NCBI GenBank assembly: GCA_951406725.2
Contig: OX597828.1
Span: 63,798,001 to 63,862,000, forward strand
Direction of reading: 5' to 3'
DNA length: 64,000 nucleotides
Source of the DNA: Octopus vulgaris
Lineage: Eukaryota
Part shown: positions 54,126-64,000 of the stretch, piece after piece
Numbering within the stretch: position 1 is the stretch's first letter
Layout of the letters: each line of letters begins with the position of its first letter
The notes under the pieces: generated by a model
The model's database searches: none
What the model was told of the DNA's origin: nothing
Seen by the model: only the letters and a program-made list of their open reading frames with translations
Position numbers and translations under genes: made by a program

Positions 54126-55600
54126 AAAAAAACAACAAAAAATGGTAGAATAGATTTATAGCCAAAATAATTTGATTAATCTAAACCAAAATGAGTGAAG
54201 AGAATTCAATGACCAGTGGATTGGATTTGAACATATATATATATATACATATATATACATATATATAGATATATATATATATATACATATATGTACATAT
54301 ATATACATATATATACATATACAGTCACACATATACGCGTGCCCACACAAATATATATATTTATACACACACATGCCTTCAATGAACAATCAACAAACCC
54401 ATATTAATATTCTACTTCTATTCAATATTCTCTCCAGTCTTCGCGACAATCTTGGCAGAATTTCGAATTAGGTGCCGCAACTTTGTTTCTTTCTTCTTTC
54501 TCTCTCTCTATTTTCTTTTTTCTTTCTTTCTTTCTTTCTTTTTTTGTTTCTCATCACTTGTATTAATATATGATGAAGAAAGTTAATTTTCACGAGAAAA
54601 CAGATCAAAGATTTTGTGATGCAGGCAATGGCTCTTCTGTGAGAAACACTTCTGCCCACGGCTGCCGCCTTCTCTCCAAACACTAAGGCTATCCTCCTCT
54701 TTAATGGTTGGTCAACTTTGGCAAAATTCCTGACTCTTGTGATTATCTCCCCTTATCAAGTAAGCTCATCTTAATTGACATTTGGTAATTGGGACACATT
54801 TTTGAGAAACGGAAATCTGTTTGATGAAGCAAGAATTTTTGTTGTGATATTTGATGCATAAACAAGTATTCCTCTCCCTCACTCTCTCTATATAATGTAT
54901 GTATGTATGTATGTATGTATGTATGTATGTATGTATGTATGTATGTATGTGTGTGTGTATGTATGTATGTCGCTGACACGTGATGAGCGGGGATCCATCT
55001 TTCTGACTACTACCTTCACAAAGATTAAACGGGCTTATCCTGTCTCTTCATAAGCTCGTCTCCTCAAACGTTCAGAATAATTTTTCCATCGTCTTGGCTT
55101 AACAGCCCCCATCGTTTGTTTTTGCTGTTTTGTTCTCATTGTTCTGTCTTTTACTGTTTTTACTTCTTTTATTATTTTTACTGTTTTGTTCTCACTGTCC
55201 TGTTCTTGTTACCACTTTCACACTCTGCAAAAAATCTCAAATTTTGTTTAATTTGCTTTGCGGGAAGAACTGTTTCAAAGAAGTCGCGTCTTGTCCTTGT
55301 CTTCGAAACGTGGAGTAGATGAAACAGGGACAACTGAAGAAGGGGAATATTCTTTATGTTGTATGCCTCGTTTTTCTGGTTTTTTGTTGTTGTTTGAAAA
55401 AAGTTCGTTTCTATGGTTTGTTTTTATGTTTTCGTTTCTCATTGTGTTCAACGTCTTTTTGACATCCTGTACCCATATATGCATGTGTATATACATATAT
55501 ATATATGTAGGTATGTACATATATGTATGTATATATGCATATATTTATATATTATTTATATTATATGATCGAACGCCACGCATCCTTTTTCAAGTAGGTT

Positions 55601-55670
<70 letters not shown>

Positions 55671-55950
55671 ATATATGTATATATCATCATATATATATAT
55701 ATGTATATATGCATATATTAACATATACATATATATAAGTAATAGGTTATATATATATATATATATAAAGTATATATACATATGCATGTATATGATACAT
55801 ACATATGTATATATACATATGTGTATATATACATACATATATATATATATATACATATGAATATATGTATATATATATATAAGTATATATACATATACGT
55901 ATATATACATATATATATACTTATATATATATATATGTATATATAAGTAT

Positions 55951-55986
<36 letters not shown>

Positions 55987-56263
55987 AGTATATATATATA
56001 TACATATATATATATACTTATATATATATATGTATATACATATATGTATATATACATATATATATAGTAGTATATATATGTATATATATATATATATATA
56101 AGTATATACAAAATGAGAAAATGGAGAAACATACCTAAATTAATCATCAACCATCAGATAATACCCAATCAATACTTTATTAAACCATTACACAACAGCA
56201 AAGACATTATACATAATATATTACAAATATAACTAGACATAGAAATAGAAATAGAAAATACAA

Positions 56264-56396
56264 TTACATTGTAGCTGACAGCTGTTTCGGCCGAGAAGAC
56301 AGGTATGTCCCATTTAACCTATTAGCCATAAAAAGCAGGTATAAATGGGACATTAACAAGAAATGTCTCACGGCCTCTTGAGAGAATTTAATGTAA
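56264..56396 (-). ncRNA. Hammerhead motif with long stem II, core mutated (G5C)
   Basis: Reverse complement: ttacatt..ct CTCAAGA ggccg-[about 80-nt hairpin incl. atgtcccattta/taaatgggacat]-cggcc GAAA cagctGTC ag..aatgtaa. Palindromic ACAGCTGT. Confidence 0.75.
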
Positions 56397-56453
56397 GTAT
56401 GAAAAACATTTACATATAAATATAAAAATGTGTGCATAGACACTCATAATTCT

Positions 56454-56494
<41 letters not shown>

Positions 56495-57211
56495 AATACT
56501 ATATAAACAATCTATATCAATATACATTAACAAACACAATAATGTTCCATATTGAACTCATAGTTCTATAACCAACATCAAGGAAATACATGTACACTCA
56601 CATTTAAATTTAAAGCAGGCATATATATTTAACAGTCCAGTCTATTAAAATGTATAACCACACAAAAAGTCAATAAAATTAATATTAATATTAATAATAA
56701 TAATAATAATAATAATAACAAGCATGATTGTACCATGTAAAGCAAGCGGACATCCACATATATACTCAATAAGTCGAATTCATCTGTCCGCTTGGTATTG
56801 ATTTTCATAGATAGATTCGATTGGCTTATAGTTTTAAATTTGAATCACAATGGAAATTTTACGGTTAGTTAGCCAAGAAACATACATACGCACACGCACA
56901 TCCACAGATCGTGCGCACATACATACATAGTTATATGCATACACACACACACACACACCCACACACATACACACACGTACACGCACATCCACAGATCGTG
57001 CGCACATACATACCTAGTTATATGTATACACACATACACACATACATAGCCACAAAGACAGCCAAATCATAAATAAATAAATAAATAATATAAGAGGTAG
57101 AATCGCAACTATACACATGCAAAACAGAGGAACCCAACCGATTGCACATACATGCATGCAGATATCCAGCCACCCCAAACGATACCATGGCCGTGGTATT
57201 AACTAAGTAGA

Positions 57212-57444
57212 AAGGTGGCGAGCTGGTAGAAACGTTAGCACGCCGGACGAAATGCTTAGCGGTATTTCGTCTGTCGTTACGTTCTGAGTTCAAATTCCGC
57301 CGAGGTCGACTTTGCCTTTCATCCTTTCGGGGTCGATAAATTAAGTACCAGTTACGCACTGGGGTCGATGTAATCGACTTAATACCTAAGTCTGTCCTTG
57401 TTTGTCCCCTCTATGTTTAGCCCCTTGTGGGTAATAAAGAAATA
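57212..57444 (+). mobile_element. Full-length Meta-like SINE with 17-bp target-site duplication
   Basis: GGTATTAACTAAGTAGA at 57195-57211 and 57445-57461, B-box-like GAGTTCAAATTCC, and GCCTTTCATCCTTTCGGGGTCGATAAATTAAGTACCAG. Confidence 0.9.
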
Positions 57445-58051
57445 GGTATTAACTAAGTAGATCCACTCACATATTTCCATAAAACAGTAAATGCAAACAT
57501 ACATATAATTATATCCAGATAGAGAATGTAATATTTCATAAGGTACATAATTCATATGACACCGTATTTTTCGTAAACATAATATTTTATAACTAAAAAG
57601 TCCGCTAACTTGACCGCTATATATATATGTATATACATACATGTATATATACATATATATATATATATAGAAGTATATATATATGTATAGATATATATAT
57701 AAGTATATATATATATATATATATATGTACATATACAACATATTGAATATATATTCCATATATTTTTGAAATATATTTCATATATATTGCATATATATTT
57801 CACATCCTTCTTCAGCACAGCTTTCCATTGAAAAAGATTTATCATAGATTTATCAAATGCTACGTACCTCAAACCTTCTGACCATGCGACATCAAAATAT
57901 TTGAAGAAAGTGAGCAAAGGCTAAATCTACATAGACGTTTGAATTCATAAATCTTCCCTCCAAAATTCTGCCATGCGCATTACAAAAATAGGTTGTCAAA
58001 GGGAGTGAAAAATCCAAATAGTAATATAATGAAATCTTTTTCAATGGAAAG

Positions 58052-58162
58052 CTGTGCTGAAGAAGGATGTGAAATATATATGCAATATATATGAAATATA
58101 TTTCAAAAATATATGGAATATATATTCAATATGTTTATAATCCAGAAACATGATGTTCACAG
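58052..58162 (+). ncRNA. Hammerhead ribozyme, tandem copy 1
   Basis: ctgtg CTGAAGA a-ggat-[about 70-nt AT-rich]-atcc-a GAAA cat-g-atGTT cacag. Perfect 5-bp stem I, GUU site. Confidence 0.8.
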
Positions 58163-58669
58163 ATAACCGCCAGACTTCGTATTCGTTATCTATTCCTTCT
58201 GTTTTGCATATGTGAATTACAGGGTCTGTCATGCCCGGAGTCCAACTTTGATAGAAATAAGCATTCTTGACTGCTATTTCTATTTTTTCGGTATGCGGTC
58301 AAGCAACCTGTTTTGCCTGTCCCTTTTTCTTATATACAATATATATACTGAACTTTACAGAAGTTCCTGCCGGTAATCGGCTATATTTACATACCGAATT
58401 CTACCAGTAAATAATTGGGGTTTTTTTAAAAGCCTTTATAGAAATTATTTACTCTTATCATTATATTACTATTTGGATTTTTCACTCCCTTTGACAACCT
58501 ATTTTTGTAATGCGCATGGCAGAATTTTGGAGGGAAGATTTATGAATTCAAACGTCTATGTAGATTTAGCCTTTGCTCACTTTCTTCAAATATTTTGATG
58601 TCGCATGGTCAGAAGGTTTGAGGTACGTAGCATTTGATAAATCTATGATAAATCTTTTTCAATGGAAAG

Positions 58670-58780
58670 CTGTGCTGAAGAAGGATGTGAAATATATATG
58701 CAATATATATGAAATATATTTCAAAAATATATGGAATATATATTCAATATGTTTATAATCCAGAAACATGATGTTCACAG
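58670..58780 (+). ncRNA. Hammerhead ribozyme, tandem copy 2
   Basis: Same sequence as 58052-58162, 618 nt downstream. Confidence 0.8.
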
Positions 58781-59195
58781 ATAACCGCCAGACTTCGTAT
58801 TCGTTATCTATTCCTTCTGTTTTGCATATGTGAATTACAGGGTCTGTCATGCCCGGAGTCCAACTTTGATAGAAATAAGCATTCTTGACTGCTATTTCTA
58901 TTTTTTCGGTATGCGGTCAAGCAACCTGTTTTGCCTGTCCCTTTTTCTTATATACAATATATATACTGAACTTTACAGAAGTTCCTGCCGGTAATCGGCT
59001 ATATTTACATACCGAATTCTACCAGTAAATAATTGGGGTTTTTTTAAAAGCCTTTATAGAAATTATTTACTCTTATCATTATATATGTACATATACATAT
59101 ATATATATAGAAGTATATATATGTATAGATATATATAAGTATATATATATATATATATATAAGTATATATATATATATATATACTTATATATATA

Positions 59196-59770
59196 TAAAT
59201 GAAAGAATGGAGTTGAACGACGAATTAACAAAATTCCTTTATTTTATTTTCGACATATGTTTCGAAGGCTGCATATTCCTAATTTCGAAGGAATAAGGGG
59301 TGCATTATACCACCTTCTCATCAGGAAAAGTAAGGAACTTATGTCAGCATCAAGATGCACAAAATTTTTTTAGATGACTGCCCACACGGAGCCCACAGCG
59401 ATAATGAGTGTTTCTTTAAAATATGTGGGCAGTCATCTAAAAATTTTGTACATCTTGATGCTGACATAAGTTCCTTACTTTTCCTGATGAGAAGGCGGCA
59501 TAATGCACCCCTTATTCCTTCGAAATTAGGAATATGCAGCCTTCGAAACATATGTCGAAAATAAAATAAAGGAATTTTGTTAATTCGTCGTTCAACTCCA
59601 TTCTTTCATTTATTTGTATTTAAAAAAACACACAAATTTCCACACGATAGCACGTGATCTCTGCCCTAGGCATGTAGCTTCAACAGTGTTTTTCTGACGT
59701 GAATTTGCTACCCAGGTATCGGTTAACCGAATTATCCATAATAAGATAATTCATTCAACTACTCAATTAT

Positions 59771-59775
<5 letters not shown>
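59196..59775. mobile_element. Fold-back element (arms of about 190 bp, 37-nt loop, tail of about 160 bp) within (TA)n
   Basis: 59196-59386 is reverse-complemented at 59424-59612. Confidence 0.92.
59479..59561 (+). ncRNA. Hammerhead ribozyme (type I, canonical core), mirror copy at 59247-59329 (-)
   Basis: ttttc CTGATGA gaaggc-[42 nt, branched]-gccttc GAAA catatGTC gaaaa. Perfect stems I and II, palindromic ACATATGT, predicted cleavage after C59556. Confidence 0.92.
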
Positions 59776-59830
<55 letters not shown>

Positions 59831-59987
59831 CACATATATATATATACATACAGATGTATATATATATATGTATATATATATATATAAGTATATATACATA
59901 TATGTATATATACATATATATATAAGTATATATATAAGTATATATACATATATGTATATATACATGTATGTATATATATGTATATAT

Positions 59988-61785
59988 GTTAGTTAGTGAG
60001 TTAATTCTTTGGCTCAAAAAGCAAAAAGCAAGGCCATGTAGGGGGACATGGAGTTATGTACAAGGTGGTGTTCAGGTAAAGATTTCAGGCCACTTGTGGT
60101 CAAGGGAGACTTTGAACCGAGCGGTCGTCTTCATCTTCACCATCTCGTCCGGCAGCTTATTCCACGGATCCGCAACACGAACGGAGAAAGCCCCTCTCCT
60201 TCGATTGAGATGAAATCGTCGCAGATAGTGCTTTTCGGAATGACCTCGCAGCCGACGCTCTGGAGCAGGAGTGAAGAACAGCTCTTTCGAGAGGTTACAC
60301 TTCTCCGCTTATGATGCTGTGAGCAAGAATGAGATCACCACGGCGTCGTCGTTTTTCTAGAGAATAAAGGTCGAGCGTCTTCAGCCTTTCTTCTTAAGAC
60401 AAATTCTTGAGACCAAGAACCATGCGGGTAGTCAGCTTCTGGATTCTTTCGAGATGCTGTATGTCTTTGAGGAGATAAGGAGAAGAGGCTTGAATCCCGT
60501 ACTCCAATATGGGTCTAACCAGCGTGACATAGAGCGGTAGGAATATGGCTGCTGTGAGCATTCCGAATGACCGTCGAATCAAGAACAGAACTCCGCGTGC
60601 TTTGTTGGCAGCATGGACGCACTGGGCCGAAGGTGAAAAGAAGGAATCCACCAAGATACCCAGGCCCTTTAGCTGATCGGTCCTCTCCAGCAGCAGACGA
60701 CCCGGCTCAAAATCAAGTTGAGTTGCAGGAGGAGAGCCAACAGGCAGATGACAGCACTTTGACACGTTCAGACACAGGTCCCATTCGTTAGACCATCTCC
60801 AAACTTGGTGGAGGCATCGACGAAGATCCTCTATATCACCGCGAGGAGCGACCAGTTTGACATCGTCGGCAAATAGAAGGGTGTGTTGCGTGAGGTCGTC
60901 GGGCAAGTCATTTATGAAGACTAAGAACAATAAGGGCCCAGGCACTGAACCTTGGGGCACGCCACTGCTCGCACTGGAGACGTCGGACCGCGAACCATTA
61001 ACTTGGACTTGGAAGGAGCGATCTGAGAGGAAGACACCAACCCATCGTACAATATCCGGATGGAAACTATATGCTTGAAGCTTGACAAGTAATAGGCGGT
61101 GGTTTACCGAGTCAAAAGCTTTGATCCAGCATAGATGGCAGCTGCCCAGACCGATGCCTTGTCGGATATTCAACATGTTGCGATAGAAAACAATCTTCAG
61201 CCACGTCAAGAAGGGCCTGGCCGAACCGGGAAGATGATGCACAAATTGATGCGGACCAATCGATCGTGGGAGCGTTGAAGTTTCCTAATATCAAACAGTC
61301 ATGAGAAGCTGAAACGAATCTTATCGCTTCGAGTAAATGAGCATCGTCCTGGGGGTCGGCAAGAGGCGGCCTGTAGACAGCTAACACGGGAAAGCAAAAC
61401 CCGGATAGGCTCAGCTTGCAATAGACGGCATCGAATTTTGTTGCAGGTTGAGCATTAGTGGGTAGAATACCGCTGGATGGTTTGAGATCAGATTTAGCAT
61501 ACACAGCAACACCTCCACCTCGCCTTTTTTCTCTGTCACATCTGAAGAGGGCGTAGCCCTGTAGGTAGATTTCTGAGTCCTTTACTGCTGGAGTCAGCCA
61601 AGTCTCGGTGATAGCTATCACATCTGGGGAATCACGCATGGCCAGTGTAAATAGTTCGCTGAACTTTGGAAATAAGGAGCACGAGTTTGAATAGCCGATG
61701 CTAAGCTGTGAAGTTTGAGGGGCGGGAATTGGGGAACAATCAGAATAAGGGGTATCAGAGATAGCATTGTTGACGGGGGTATCTA
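59988..61785 (-). mobile_element. CR1-type LINE ORF2 relic (APE endonuclease + RT) with internal deletion
   Basis: EN motifs [34 protein letters not shown] motifs [28 protein letters not shown]. Nonsense codon at 60394 and an (AACT)n-like tail. Confidence 0.92.
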
Positions 61786-61990
61786 CATATATATATGTAT
61801 ATACATATACATGTATATACATATATATATATGTATATACATATACATGTATATATATACATATACATGTATATATATACATATATATGTATATATACAT
61901 GTATATATAAAAGTATTTATACATATATGTATATATAAATATATATATATATACATATATATGTATATATATATATGTATATATATGTAC

Positions 61991-62047
<57 letters not shown>

Positions 62048-62438
62048 GTATATATATACACACACATACTCTTGCGTACACACACTCTCACAATATAGGG
62101 CATCCGTCGATTGTCTAAAAGTCCCATTTTAGAGCCAGTAGGCCAAGGACTATCGATTCTCCCCTGAGACTAAAAAAGGAAACGTAAAAGGAAAGAAAGG
62201 GAATGGAGTATGCGTAAAGGAGCGCGAAGGAGTAACTTTGGTTGGTTTCTTACAGAGAAAGGGAGCAGGCAGTAAGGGCTTGAAATTCGAATCTACCATG
62301 TATGCGCGCGCGCACACATACTCACGTCACACACAACACTTCGTATATGAAATAAACATTCACACAAAGGCTAGTTTCATTTCAAAAAGATTTATATATG
62401 TATATATATTTGTGCGTGTGCACATATTTATCTATCTT

Positions 62439-62542
<104 letters not shown>

Positions 62543-62739
62543 CAGACGTGCTGTCACTTCGGCTCCGAAGGTAATCGTTTATTTTGACTATTTATAGCCC
62601 ATATTTTGTGTACATTTTTGTAAATGAGGTGTGTAAGGCACCCAACTTTCATTTGAGTGCTTTTCCAAGGGAGGATTTCGCCCCTAGGGGCAGTTTCAAC
62701 CCTATTTAATTTGTGTCATTTTCTTCTCGACATTAAAAA

Positions 62740-64000
62740 ATGTCGAGAAATTTTATCGTAGAACGCTGGTCGCGTTCTTTTATGGACCAGCATTTTCCTA
62801 GTCTGGAAACGCTAGGAGAAAAAATGAACGTATGCACGCAAAGTGCAAACCTGAATGACGTGGTAGTGAACGCTGCAACCACTTGCGGTAACAGCCCTGT
62901 CCCCACCACCACCACCACCACCACCACTAACAACAACAACAACGAGACTACTACAGCTACCACCACCACCACCTCCACCACCACCACAACGACCAACATA
63001 AATGATAAAATGAAACTCACGCGAATACTATAAGAAAAACAAAAACAACAAGAACAACAATAAAAATAAACTATCTAATAGTGAAGATGTTAATATAAAA
63101 AAATCAACAGCACCAGTAAATTTCGCTGACACTCTGCGTCAGAAGAAAGAAATAGTAACATTTACAAATGAAGAGCTAATAGAAACGAGAGCTCTCTTTA
63201 TAACCCGTGGGCAAGATTTAGTGCTGCATACACCTCAACACATAAAGGAACAAATAGAAAATAAGACAATTATATATAAAATTATAAGAAAAAACAAAAA
63301 ACAAAATGAACAGATTACAAAAACAGATATAGGAAAATGTTTAAAAAAAATATTGAAAAAAAGAATATATAAACTGGGGTCCCCAGTTTAACGCAGTAGT
63401 GGTCCGCTTCCCTAACCAGGAAGTGGCAAAAGCTCACTCTACCGAGTCTTTGGAAAATGATGATATCAAAATGGTACCTTATTTCAAAGGCCAGAGAGTG
63501 AGTAGAATTACTATTAAAAATGTACCCCCCGAGATCCCGAACAAATGGATAACAGGGGCAATCTGTTACCATTTGAAAAAGATCAATATTTTAGAAACCG
63601 CCGTGTACCTAAACGACAATCGGGGTGGAAAAACAATAGTAGTGACCATCCAGATTGAGGGGGCCTCTATCGAGAACGTACCCGATAGGATCCACCTAGA
63701 AAATGGGCAAAGCCTATATGTTGTGGCAGAAGGCAAAAAGCCTAGATGCTACAACTGTGGCAGCCCAGAGCATTTAATTGCCAAGTGCACTCTAGCACAG
63801 AAAAAACAAGAAAGAACAAATCAGAAAACAAATAAAATACCCTTGTTGCCAACACCAACACCAACACACTCAATTATGGAACAATGCTAAGAAGAAAAAC
63901 AACAAACCAGCAAACAAACCCCAACAACATCACCAAGAAAAGAAACAGTACCAACAAAATCACCGTTGACGACGCAACCAATTCATCATGCTGAACCAAA
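62740..64000 (+). pseudogene. Second L1/Tx1-type ORF1 relic (frameshifted), runs off the window
   Basis: NFADTL...RGQDL...IENKTIIY, VVRFPNQEVAK, RITIKNVPPEI and VVAEGKKPRCYNCGSPEHLIAKC are colinear with the 39404 ORF1. Confidence 0.75.

Larger units (their letters stand above)
57738..59085 (+). mobile_element. Tandem 618-nt non-coding unit (1.7 copies) preceded by a 295-bp inverted copy, within (TA)n
   Basis: 58032-58467 is repeated at 58650-59085 (period 618). 57738-58032 is the reverse complement of about 58458-58753. Confidence 0.92.

Noticed and set aside
55275-55375. GAAACGT and CTGAAGA near each other
   Set aside because: The boxes cannot be assembled with supporting stems. At most a heavily decayed motif.
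58041-58850. Duplicated 61-63 aa ORFs in the 618-nt unit
   Set aside because: Short and AT-rich with no motif. They recur only because the DNA is duplicated.
62160-62195. CTGAGA...GAAACGTA hammerhead-like string
   Set aside because: Core lacks N7, stem II is 2 bp and stem I is poor.

Overview
Eukaryotic, AT-rich and extremely microsatellite-rich DNA. The SINE/LINE repertoire suggests an octopus (inference). Nearly all ORF-track entries are translations of (TA)n/(CA)n/(TAA)n/(TATC)n repeats. The only supportable host gene is the last two exons of a rolling stone-like multipass membrane protein (+, 7771-7887 and 10334-10776). The rest is mobile DNA: a near-complete R4/Dong RLE retrotransposon between TAA repeats, CR1-type and RTE LINE relics, two L1/Tx1-type ORF1 (zinc knuckle) relics, Tc1 and maT/mariner relics, two non-autonomous Helitrons, and two tRNA-derived SINE families. 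The main finding is a dense set of type I minimal hammerhead ribozyme motifs, recognised by eye, at about 11 loci in about 8 sequence families. They lie in non-coding fold-back and partial-tandem elements next to (TA)n/(CA)n tracts. Two loci define exact repeat units of 618 nt (ribozyme to ribozyme) and 353 nt, and one locus carries a Penelope-like GIY-YIG tail. This points to a diverse Penelope-derived/retrozyme-like self-cleaving RNA system with unusual core variants and long stem II extensions. No folding software, database search or cleavage assay was run.
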